DNA from: an uncultured Clostridia bacterium
GTDB taxonomy: Bacteria > Bacillota > Clostridia > Oscillospirales > CAG-272
Length of the DNA: 64,000 nucleotides
Assembly: GCA_948466345.1 (NCBI GenBank)
Contig: CAOKAC010000004.1
Span: 135,178 to 199,177, forward strand
Direction: 5' to 3'
Positions 46,792-55,667 of this stretch are shown one piece after another; position 1 is the first letter of the stretch; every line of letters begins with the position of its first letter. The notes below the pieces were generated by a model. It did no database searches, was not told where the DNA came from, and saw only the letters and a list, made by a program, of their open reading frames with translations. A program made the translations under genes and the position numbers.

Positions 46792-48114
46792 ATGGCTGGC
46801 AAAAAAGATGCCTGGGAAAGGGATGAGCTGATCCGTACGGGGAGCCGCCGAAAGAAGGCGACTCCAAGGCGGACCAGCAAAAGACACGCACCGGATGATC
46901 CGACGAAACGAAAAATGAGACGTCCACCACATGTGGCTATAAAGTTGGATGAGCGACAGCCTGCTGTTAACGGTTATTATATCGCTATTGCAGATCGGTA
47001 CAGGTGGGCACGCCTGCTGTCTGTAATTCTTTTAGTGGCCTTTTTGCTGATAATGCTCCTTTTTTATCGGGAAAATATCACTTATGGAAATCTGATGTAT
47101 TTGATTCGGGATCTGGATGCCGGTGTGGTGTCCGCAGTAGGAAGATATGCTGATATCAGCTATGAGCGGCAGTATGCCCCGTCCTTTGCTCTGTTTCGTG
47201 ATCGTATCGCTGTGGCGGGAGCGGCAGGATTCCGTTTGTACAACGCTTCCGGTTCTAAAGAATTGGACTATGAAAGCGTTTATGGAGATCCACGGTTGAC
47301 GGTAGGAAAAAAATATGCTTTGCTTTATGACGCAGATGGAAAGTCTTATTCTATATATACTACGATTGCCCGCGTGCTTAGTGGTCAGGCCGAGGCAGTG
47401 ATTGAAGACGCGGCTGTTGCGGACGATGGTACACATGCTTTGCTTACCAGTTCGGATGAGTCAAAATACTTGATTACCGTTTATAGCCCGGATTTTAAAC
47501 CTCGTGTAAAATACTATAAGGATAAGTATGTGGTCGATATGGCGCTGGACCCGCAAGGCGATCACATGGCGGTTGTTTCTGCGGGCGCCGCCGGAGCGGG
47601 AGCATATTGTGAAATTATGTTCTGTAAAGTTGGCAGTGAAGAGACTGCTTCTGTGAGGTTGGAAGGCACCATGCCGCTGGCGGTTCGATATATGGATAAT
47701 GGCAGACTGGTGGTCGTGTGCGACAATAAAATTTTGTTTTATGATGGGGAAAAACAGTGCGGGCGATATGATTTAACTGGCGCTATGCCTGCTGCATTTG
47801 ATGCGAATGGAGATTTTTTTGCACTGGCTGTGTCGAAAAACGCGGTTGGGTCGGAAAATGAAATAATTCTATTTGACACAGACGGGAATATCATATATAA
47901 TAATATAATCAATGAAAAAATTCGAACAGTCGCCGCGGATGGAGACCGGGCCGTATATGTTCTTTGTGAGGACAAGGCTGTTCAGTATCTGCTGTCCGGT
48001 GAAGAGCCTAGAGAAGAGCGTCTACGCGGCGAAGCATTGGAGTTGCTGCCCGCCAGAGGGGGAGCCGTGATTTGCGAAAGCAGTGGAACATATTCTCTCT
48101 TTTTTGGTGAATGA
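46792..48114 (+). CDS. Membrane-anchored protein of unknown function (very basic cytoplasmic tail, one TM, repeat-like extracytoplasmic domain)
   Basis: I prefer ATG 46792, with AGAGGG upstream. The N-terminal 45 aa are rich in R/K/P (RRKKATPRRTSKRHAPDDPTKRKMRRPP). A single TM (LLSVILLVAFLLIMLLF) is followed by about 350 aa with recurring hydrophobic-D-G patterns suggesting beta blades. Confidence 0.6.
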   Translation: MAGKKDAWERDELIRTGSRRKKATPRRTSKRHAPDDPTKRKMRRPPHVAIKLDERQPAVNGYYIAIADRYRWARLLSVILLVAFLLIMLLFYRENITYGNLMYLIRDLDAGVVSAVGRYADISYERQYAPSFALFRDRIAVAGAAGFRLYNASGSKELDYESVYGDPRLTVGKKYALLYDADGKSYSIYTTIARVLSGQAEAVIEDAAVADDGTHALLTSSDESKYLITVYSPDFKPRVKYYKDKYVVDMALDPQGDHMAVVSAGAAGAGAYCEIMFCKVGSEETASVRLEGTMPLAVRYMDNGRLVVVCDNKILFYDGEKQCGRYDLTGAMPAAFDANGDFFALAVSKNAVGSENEIILFDTDGNIIYNNIINEKIRTVAADGDRAVYVLCEDKAVQYLLSGEEPREERLRGEALELLPARGGAVICESSGTYSLFFGE

Positions 48115-48179
48115 GCAGGGAAAACCTGCAATACAATATATAGAAACGTGCTTGCTGTAAAAGAAAGGCATGGTTATTT

Positions 48180-48920
48180 ATGCATTTTGTGTTGGATATT
48201 GTCATTTTAGCGCTGTGCGCTCTGACAATTTTTATTAGCTACAAGCGGGGATTTTTCAAATCGGTGATGGGCCTTTGCTCCGGAATCGGTGCGCTTCTTA
48301 TCGCGTATACTTTTACGCCAAAGCTGGCCCTCCTTGTAAAAGAGAAATTCTTACTGGACAAAATCGCGAGCGGTGTGACCGATACACTGGCCTCTATGGC
48401 GAAGACCGGAGCGGAGGGAGCGCAAAACGTCGTATATGATTTGTCAAAGCTTTTGGAAAATTCCCAGTTTCTTTCTATTTTAAATCAGTATGGCGCTGAT
48501 TCTCAGGCGATAACAGATTTGATTAACAGCGCAAACGATGGCAGTCATGCGGCGGTTGAACAGGTATCTTATGCGGTGGCAGATCCCATAGCAGGAACGA
48601 TTGCAAGCATTATTGTGTTTATCGGACTGTTTCTGGCAGCAATTCTCGTGCTGCGGCTGCTTACATGGGCGATTGGTGCCATCTTTACCCTGCCGGTGCT
48701 GCGTGGAGTCGACAAAACATTGGGGCTGGCATTTGGCGTAGTCAGCGCTTTGTTATTTGTATGGATTTTCGCAATGGTTGCTGCTGCCGCACTGGACGCT
48801 ATTGCCTCTGTTGCTCCAGGAACCGTTGATCGTGAAATTTTGGATGATTCCATTCTGCTTAAGTTTTTTGCTAAATATAATCCTGTGGAGGATATTTCAA
48901 AGGCAATTGCTGGCCATTGA
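48180..48920 (+). CDS. cvpA: CvpA-family membrane protein
   Basis: 246 aa. The N-terminus MHFVLDIVILALCALTIFISYKRGFFKSV and a 4-TM layout are typical of CvpA. Confidence 0.75.
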   Translation: MHFVLDIVILALCALTIFISYKRGFFKSVMGLCSGIGALLIAYTFTPKLALLVKEKFLLDKIASGVTDTLASMAKTGAEGAQNVVYDLSKLLENSQFLSILNQYGADSQAITDLINSANDGSHAAVEQVSYAVADPIAGTIASIIVFIGLFLAAILVLRLLTWAIGAIFTLPVLRGVDKTLGLAFGVVSALLFVWIFAMVAAAALDAIASVAPGTVDREILDDSILLKFFAKYNPVEDISKAIAGH

Positions 48921-48963
48921 TTCCGGTAATTTGTTTAAACATTTTTAGAAAGGTTTCGTTTTT

Positions 48964-49554
48964 ATGAAGGCAAAGTATATTCCGAACATTTTGTCGATTA
49001 TGCGGCTCTTTATGTCTTTTGCATTTGCGGCCATCTTTATTTGGGGATATCCGGAATATGTAATGCTGGCGGCTATTATATTTATTCTGTCTGGCGTAAC
49101 AGACGTAGTTGACGGAATCCTTGCCAGAAAATTTGGCTGGGTTACGGATGCGGGAAAAATTTTGGATCCCTTAGCCGATAAGCTGATGCAGTGTACGGCT
49201 TTGCTCTGCCTGATGTTTCGTGGAATTGTTCCTTGGTGGATCCTGATTTTGATTGTGATTAAAGAAATGCTAATGGGCTGCGGCGCTATTGTTCTCTTTA
49301 AGAAAAGCCGTGAGATTGGTGTGTCAAAGTATTTTGGTAAAGCATATACAGTGATGTTTTATGCTGTAGTCATGCTATTTTTGCTGTTCCAGGATTGGCT
49401 GGGAGTAAATATGTGGGCAACATATGCGCTCTGTGTCTTTACAGCAGTGATTGCATTTGGCGTGCTTGTCTTGTATTATATCAGTTATTTAAAGAACAAA
49501 ATCAAGAAGCAGAGAAAGGCGACGACGGATGGTAATGTGTGCAAGATGCCATAA
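48964..49554 (+). CDS. pgsA: CDP-alcohol phosphatidyltransferase (phosphatidylglycerophosphate synthase-like)
   Basis: 196 aa. DGILARKFGWVTDAGKILDPLADK matches D-G-x2-A-R-x8-G-x3-D-x3-D. Confidence 0.85.
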   Translation: MKAKYIPNILSIMRLFMSFAFAAIFIWGYPEYVMLAAIIFILSGVTDVVDGILARKFGWVTDAGKILDPLADKLMQCTALLCLMFRGIVPWWILILIVIKEMLMGCGAIVLFKKSREIGVSKYFGKAYTVMFYAVVMLFLLFQDWLGVNMWATYALCVFTAVIAFGVLVLYYISYLKNKIKKQRKATTDGNVCKMP

Positions 49555-51880
49555 ACGGATGGCAGTCGTGTTCATTACAAGAATGGATGACGGCGAGTCA
49601 AAACAGGAAGGCATTTGTATAAAGTGTGCAAAAGAATTGGGCATCAAACCGGTAAACGATATCATATCAAAAATGGGACTTAGCGACGAGGATGTAGACC
49701 GTATGTCTGAGGAAATGCAGGATATTATGGACGGCATTGCAAACGGTGAAGACCCTTTAGGAATCGGTGGTGGAGAAGGCCTTGTGCAAGCCGGGGAGGA
49801 TGAGTCGCGCGCTCCGGCTGTGGATTTTGGAAAGCTGATGCGTGAGGGACTTGCTGCTGCCTCCGGTCTTCCCCAGGAACATAAGCCTGCAAAGGCAAAG
49901 GAAAAAGGCCGCGGGAGCGAAAAGGGAGAAGTTCGCAAAAAAAAGGAACGCAAATTTCTTACAACCTATTGCCAGAATATTACAGAAAAAGCCTCTATGG
50001 GCGGACTGGACCGGGTTGTTGGCAGAGAGCGGGAACTGGATCGCGTGATTCAGATATTGTGCCGGAGACAGAAAAATAATCCTTGTTTGATTGGAGAACC
50101 CGGTGTAGGAAAGACAGCAATTGCGGAGGCACTTGCCCAAAAGATCATTGCGGGCGATGTACCGTATAAGCTGCGGGGGAAAGAACTGTTTTTAATGGAT
50201 CTTACCGCTTTGGTAGCAGGAACCCAATTCCGAGGGCAGTTTGAATCCAGAGTACTGGGCCTGCTGAACGAAGTGAAGGCTGCGGGAAACATTATACTTG
50301 TAATTGATGAGGTTCATAATATTGTAGGTACTGGAGATGCGGAAGGTTCCATGAATGCCGCTAATATTATGAAACCCGCGCTGTCTCGTGGAGAAATTCA
50401 AGTTGTAGGCGCTACAACAATGACGGAATACCGGAAATATATCGAAAAGGATTCTGCCTTGGAACGGCGCTTCCAGCCTGTTACGGTAGAGGAACCTGGC
50501 CTTGCGGATAGTGAAAATGTTTTGCGGGGCATCAAGCATTATTATGAAGCATATCATGGGATCCGCATTCCTGAAAGCGTGCTGCGCGCTGCGGTGGTCA
50601 TGAGCGAACGGTATATTACAGACCGATATTTGCCCGATAAAGCCATTGATCTTATTGATGAAGCGGCTGCCCATATTTCTTTGTCAAACCCTGCTATTAA
50701 CGAGCGATATGAATTGGGAGACCGGCTCGTGGCTATTGAAAAAGAACAGACAGAACTGGAATCCGCTGCTGAGGCCGGAGAGGACGGAGATGAGGATACG
50801 TACCGTCGTTTGGCAGATATAAAAGTGGAGCAGCTGCGCATTCAAAATCGGATTGAAGAATTAAAAGCAGTGTGCGATGCGGTAGAGATGAAGGAATCTG
50901 ATTTGGCAGACGTAATCGAGATTTGGACAGGGATTCCTGCGTCCTCTATTACAGAAGACGAATATGCACGCTTGGAGGGACTTGGTGAGCGCCTGCGAGA
51001 ACGAATCGTAGGGCAGGATGAAGCGGTAAATGCGGTAGTACGCGCCGTCCGGCGTTCCAGAACCGGGGTGTCTCCCAAGAGAAAGCCGGTGTCCTTTATT
51101 TTTGCCGGTCCTACCGGAGTGGGCAAAACAGAGCTGGTAAAAGTTTTAGCTGCGGATTTGTTTTCATCGCCAGAAACACTGATCCGACTGGATATGAGTG
51201 AATTTATGGATAAATTTTCCGTTTCCAGAATTGTTGGAGCCCCTCCAGGATATGTAGGATATGACGATGGCGGACAGCTAACGGAAAAAATTCGCCGGCG
51301 ACCTTATTCTGTGGTGCTTTTTGATGAAATTGAAAAGGCGCATCCTGATGTGATGAATATCCTTTTGCAAATTTTGGATGATGGGCGCATCACCGATGCA
51401 CATGGCAAAACGGTCAGTTTTGAAAATACTGTAATTGTAATGACTACTAACGCCGGAAGCAGTGGCGGTATGGCGCTGGCGGGCTTTACGGATCAGGGAG
51501 ACATGCGTACGAAGGAAAAGACCCAAAAGGCTCTTTCAGATTTTCTGCGTCCGGAATTTCTCAACCGAGTGGATGAAGTGATTACGTTCCGTTCTTTGGA
51601 TAAAGAAGATTTCAAACGAATTGCATCTATTATGTTGGAGGACCTTAAAAAGGCCTTGGCGGAAAAATATATCCGATTCCACTATACGGATGCTGCAGCA
51701 GCATACATTGCAAAGCAGTCTTTTTCTGTGAAATATGGTGCGCGGAACATGCGTCGGTATATTCAGACAGCTGTGGAAGATCAGGCGGCGGAAAAGATAG
51801 TAGCTCTGCGTGGACAGCTTTCAGGGATCTGCTTGGATGTGGGAATGGACCAGGACAGTCTTTCTGTAACAGCTATTTAA
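49529..51880 (+). CDS. ClpC/ClpB-type double-AAA+ chaperone with an N-terminal 4-Cys zinc ribbon in place of the Clp_N domain
   Basis: 783 aa. NBD1 has GEPGVGKTA and NBD2 has GPTGVGKTE. A short coiled-coil M-region is present. LAGF sits at the position of the ClpC VGF ClpP-docking loop. The N-terminus reads MVMCARCHKR...GICIKCAKELG. Confidence 0.85.
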   Translation: MVMCARCHKRMAVVFITRMDDGESKQEGICIKCAKELGIKPVNDIISKMGLSDEDVDRMSEEMQDIMDGIANGEDPLGIGGGEGLVQAGEDESRAPAVDFGKLMREGLAAASGLPQEHKPAKAKEKGRGSEKGEVRKKKERKFLTTYCQNITEKASMGGLDRVVGRERELDRVIQILCRRQKNNPCLIGEPGVGKTAIAEALAQKIIAGDVPYKLRGKELFLMDLTALVAGTQFRGQFESRVLGLLNEVKAAGNIILVIDEVHNIVGTGDAEGSMNAANIMKPALSRGEIQVVGATTMTEYRKYIEKDSALERRFQPVTVEEPGLADSENVLRGIKHYYEAYHGIRIPESVLRAAVVMSERYITDRYLPDKAIDLIDEAAAHISLSNPAINERYELGDRLVAIEKEQTELESAAEAGEDGDEDTYRRLADIKVEQLRIQNRIEELKAVCDAVEMKESDLADVIEIWTGIPASSITEDEYARLEGLGERLRERIVGQDEAVNAVVRAVRRSRTGVSPKRKPVSFIFAGPTGVGKTELVKVLAADLFSSPETLIRLDMSEFMDKFSVSRIVGAPPGYVGYDDGGQLTEKIRRRPYSVVLFDEIEKAHPDVMNILLQILDDGRITDAHGKTVSFENTVIVMTTNAGSSGGMALAGFTDQGDMRTKEKTQKALSDFLRPEFLNRVDEVITFRSLDKEDFKRIASIMLEDLKKALAEKYIRFHYTDAAAAYIAKQSFSVKYGARNMRRYIQTAVEDQAAEKIVALRGQLSGICLDVGMDQDSLSVTAI

Positions 51881-51910
51881 TTTGTACGGAAGATAAAATT
51901 TGGAGCATAT

Positions 51911-54700
51911 ATGAAACAGGATAAAAATTGGCATCACCTGACGGTCGATACGCTTTCTGCGTTTTTTAAAACGGACAGCGTGACGGGATTGACAGAGCGG
52001 GAAGCCGCAAGGCGGCTGCGCAGGGGGACCAATAAAATATGGGCTGTGCGGAGCATATCGCTGCAGCGATATGCCGGCAGGTCCTTGGCTGACTTTTCCA
52101 CAGTGCTTCTTGTCATTACGGCGCTTCTTGCGGCGGTTTTCGGTAATGCGGCCGAAACCGCCGCTGTTTGCATAATGCTTGCGGCAGCTCGGTGTGGGCG
52201 CATTCTTACATATGTATGTGCCCAGCGGGTTTTTGAGAAAAATGCTGCTTCTGCGCTCCCGCGGGCAAGAGTTGTCCGTGCTGGTACGGTTAGAACCATT
52301 CCTGCGGACCGTGTGGTTCCCGGGGATGTAATTGTTTTAGACACAGGGGATACGGTACCTTGTGACGTACGCTTGACTGCGGCAGATAATGTATTGGTAT
52401 CCGAGGGGATGGTTACAGGCCACGAGGGAATCGTTTCAAAAAATGCCCAGGACATCCCGGGAGAAGAAAATACGCCTATCTCTATGCGCACCAATATGTT
52501 GTATGCATCTTCGGCGGTAATCCGAGGATTTTGTATGGGAATGGCAGTAGCTACGGGGGAACATACGCTGATTTACGCTAGGGAAGGGCAAATTGAACTG
52601 TCGGGTGGAGAGGATTTGCCAATTTTTGGCAAATTGTCCGATTTGGGACGTCAGTGCAGTTTGGGGTTGATTCTGATTGCACTGGTGACTTGCATCGTTG
52701 GCACGGTAATTGGGAATTTGGATCTCTTTACCGTTTTTTTGCCTTCCATTGCTATGGCCGCTGCTTGCCTCAATGAATACATAAGCGCCGCAGGCGCAGC
52801 TGCGTGGGCGGCTTCTCTGCATCGAAAGCAAAAGGGCGGGCAGGTATTTCATAATGCCGCATGTGCTGAACGAGCAGCCGAAATACAGGTGTTGTATCTG
52901 CGTTCTTCAGCTGCTTTAAAAAGTGAAAAGATATCTTTCCATGCCTATTATGAAGGAAATACTTATGAAACGGTTTCGAAGGAAACGGAACATTTACCCC
53001 GCCGGCTTTTATATTTAGCGCATTGCGCGACGGGCGTCGCTCCTGATGGTGCAGTCACTGCCGGACAGGCTGCGCAGTTTCAGGAAGATGAAGGGGTGCT
53101 GGCGTATTCCGTTGTTCGCTCTTTGTGGCAGGAGCAGAAAAATGAAAAGATACCAAAGCAGGAGCGTTATATGGTTGTACAGCACGTTCCGGCTGCACAA
53201 GAAGATGCCGGCGGCATGGACTGCGCGCTGCTGGCTAGAGAGGGTTCCTTTTATTTTACATGTCTTGGCCGAGTAGAGGATGTATTATCTCAGTGCACTA
53301 CACAGCGAGTTGGAGAGGAGTCTGTACCCCTTGTACCGCAAGAACGGGATAAAATTTTGTCCCTTGCCACTTCTCTTACAATGCAGGGAATCGTGGTAGC
53401 TGCAGTAGGCTTTCGCAGTTCCCATTACAACAGCCTGCGCCGGATTTCCGTGCTCCAGTCAAGCTTATGCTTTGAAGGATTTGTTGCTGTGTCGCAGCGG
53501 CCGCAGGCGGATACTTTGGTTGCACTGCAGAACTTTCGAAAAGAAGGCGGACGTATTGTTCTGTTCTCTGACGGATCGAAGGCGGACCATTATTTTACGC
53601 AGGCACAAGGAATTTTTGAGCAGAATGATATTTATATGACCCAGCAGGAATGTGTGGCTGCACATACGCTTCCCTTAGAACCTGGAACATTGGTTATGGT
53701 TAGTACACCCAGCGGCATGGATGGGATTCGGGAAAGAGTGCGGTTTATGGGCATGAGTAAGGAGAGTGGACTTTGCCGAGGCTATCTTGGCTGGGGCATG
53801 GAAGATATATGGATCATGCGGCAGGCCGATGTCGCATTTGCTGCTCCCGTCCCAGGCAGATATGGAGCAGATATTCCCCAGGCGCTTCGGGTTGCCGCTA
53901 ATGGAATGGTGAGCTTGGGAGAAGGCGGATTTTTGCCAGTGATGGGTATGATCATGCGCTGCCGCGCCGCTGTACGCAACATATACAACATGTTTTCCTA
54001 TTTGGTTGTATCTCATATGACCCGGGTGGTGCTGCTTCTGATTTGCGCTGCCGCCGGACTGCCGCTTCTTTCCGCGTCCCAAATGGTATTTTGGGGTATG
54101 TTGCTGGACTTTTCTGTGACCGCCGCCGCAGCGCTGACCCCTTCAGGAAATTATGTGCCTCCTATTAATAAGGATGATACGGGAGCGAAAAAACATGAAA
54201 ACGGGAAAGAAAATTTGAAATTCAACCTGCAAAAAGTTAACTTTTTGCACACAGAGGCGGGCAGTACGCTGGTGCTGGCACTTTACGGCACTCTGCTGGC
54301 GGTATTGACGGTGCTTTCTCCTTATTTGGGCCGCTCCTTAATTGATATGCTAGGGCCGTCCTGCAATCTAAGTGCGGGCATACAGCAAAGTTGCATGTTT
54401 TTATCGTGCATATGTGCAATGCCTTTTATTGCCTCGGAATTTTGCGGAGGACATGGACTTTTCAACAAAAAATCCCAGTATGGCCGTTTTTTCTGGATGC
54501 CTTATGCTGTCGCAGCTTTGGGAATTGTATGGGTCGTTGCTGTAGGCGGACTTGTCAAGACAGAGACGGCAACATTGGATACGATGGCGCCAGGCTGGCT
54601 GTTGTTCATTTTTGCATTGCTGCCAGTGCTTGTGTCTGTGGCGGTAATGTCCATTACGCGGGCATTGACTACCCGACAGAAGCCCCGCAAATGTAAATAA
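51911..54700 (+). CDS. P-type (P2-like) cation ATPase homologue with degenerate catalytic motifs (probable pseudoenzyme)
   Basis: 929 aa. It has a Cation_ATPase_N-like start (LTEREAARRLRRGTNKI), PGDVIVLDTGDTVPCDVRL, and N- and C-terminal TM bundles. There is no DKTGT anywhere. RSSAALK (52901-52921) occupies the DKTGTLT position and GWGMED (53789-53806) occupies the GDGxND position. Confidence 0.75.
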   Translation: MKQDKNWHHLTVDTLSAFFKTDSVTGLTEREAARRLRRGTNKIWAVRSISLQRYAGRSLADFSTVLLVITALLAAVFGNAAETAAVCIMLAAARCGRILTYVCAQRVFEKNAASALPRARVVRAGTVRTIPADRVVPGDVIVLDTGDTVPCDVRLTAADNVLVSEGMVTGHEGIVSKNAQDIPGEENTPISMRTNMLYASSAVIRGFCMGMAVATGEHTLIYAREGQIELSGGEDLPIFGKLSDLGRQCSLGLILIALVTCIVGTVIGNLDLFTVFLPSIAMAAACLNEYISAAGAAAWAASLHRKQKGGQVFHNAACAERAAEIQVLYLRSSAALKSEKISFHAYYEGNTYETVSKETEHLPRRLLYLAHCATGVAPDGAVTAGQAAQFQEDEGVLAYSVVRSLWQEQKNEKIPKQERYMVVQHVPAAQEDAGGMDCALLAREGSFYFTCLGRVEDVLSQCTTQRVGEESVPLVPQERDKILSLATSLTMQGIVVAAVGFRSSHYNSLRRISVLQSSLCFEGFVAVSQRPQADTLVALQNFRKEGGRIVLFSDGSKADHYFTQAQGIFEQNDIYMTQQECVAAHTLPLEPGTLVMVSTPSGMDGIRERVRFMGMSKESGLCRGYLGWGMEDIWIMRQADVAFAAPVPGRYGADIPQALRVAANGMVSLGEGGFLPVMGMIMRCRAAVRNIYNMFSYLVVSHMTRVVLLLICAAAGLPLLSASQMVFWGMLLDFSVTAAAALTPSGNYVPPINKDDTGAKKHENGKENLKFNLQKVNFLHTEAGSTLVLALYGTLLAVLTVLSPYLGRSLIDMLGPSCNLSAGIQQSCMFLSCICAMPFIASEFCGGHGLFNKKSQYGRFFWMPYAVAALGIVWVVAVGGLVKTETATLDTMAPGWLLFIFALLPVLVSVAVMSITRALTTRQKPRKCK

Positions 54701-54809
54701 TTATCTAATCCATCCAAAAGTGTTGTATTATCATTTATTTTGTTATAAAATAAATGATGTGGATTGCTTATGTCCTCATATAACAGAAGAAGATCGGAGT
54801 TTGATAATA

Positions 54810-55643
54810 ATGGAAGAACAAAATACATGTACCCATGATTGTTCCAGTTGCGGCGCTGATTGCGCTTCTCGGGGCAATACAGAAATACAAAAGGAACCCT
54901 TGAATCCTGCCTCATCCGTGAAGCACGTAATTGGAGTTGTTTCTGGAAAGGGCGGTGTTGGCAAGTCTTTAGTAACTTCCATGCTGGCTACGGAGATGCG
55001 TCGACGTTCTTGGGGTGTTGCTGTGTTGGATGCAGATATTACCGGTCCATCTGTGCCAAAAGCGTTTGGCGTGTCCGGAGGTGTGGAGGTTAGTGGTGAA
55101 ACAATGCTTCCCGCCTATACAAAAACAGGCATTCAATTGATGAGCGTCAATTTGCTGCTGGAAGACGCTCGAAGCCCGGTCGTTTGGCGTGGGCCCGTTA
55201 TTGCAGGCGCTGTAAAGCAGTTTTGGACGGATGTAGTTTGGACGGATGTAGATTATATGTTTGTGGATATGCCTCCTGGAACAGGAGACGTGCCGCTTAC
55301 TGTATTTCAGTCTCTCCCCCTGGACGGAATCATTATTGTGACGACGCCTCAGGAGCTGGTTTCCATGATTGTGGAAAAAGCGGTGAATATGGCAAAGCTT
55401 ATGAATATCCCCATTTTGGGCATGGTGGAAAACATGTCTTATGCGGTATGTCCGGACTGTGGCAAGGAAATCCCTTTGTTTGGCGAGAGTCGGGCAGAGG
55501 CAGTTGCAGGTGAATACGGCATTCCTCTTCTTGCAAGGATTCCTTTGGATACAAAGCTGACAGGACTGGTAGACAAAGGTGTGATTGAACTGATGGAAAA
55601 CGAATACATCGTACCTGCGGCGGATGCCGTGGAAGGTCTGTAA
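54810..55643 (+). CDS. Mrp/NBP35/ApbC-family Fe-S cluster carrier ATPase
   Basis: I prefer ATG 54810 (MEEQNTCTHDCSSCGADC). The deviant Walker A is SGKGGVGKS and the CPDCG CxxC motif is present. Confidence 0.88.
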   Translation: MEEQNTCTHDCSSCGADCASRGNTEIQKEPLNPASSVKHVIGVVSGKGGVGKSLVTSMLATEMRRRSWGVAVLDADITGPSVPKAFGVSGGVEVSGETMLPAYTKTGIQLMSVNLLLEDARSPVVWRGPVIAGAVKQFWTDVVWTDVDYMFVDMPPGTGDVPLTVFQSLPLDGIIIVTTPQELVSMIVEKAVNMAKLMNIPILGMVENMSYAVCPDCGKEIPLFGESRAEAVAGEYGIPLLARIPLDTKLTGLVDKGVIELMENEYIVPAADAVEGL

Positions 55644-55667
55644 GTACTTTAGCAAGCTGCTGATAAT

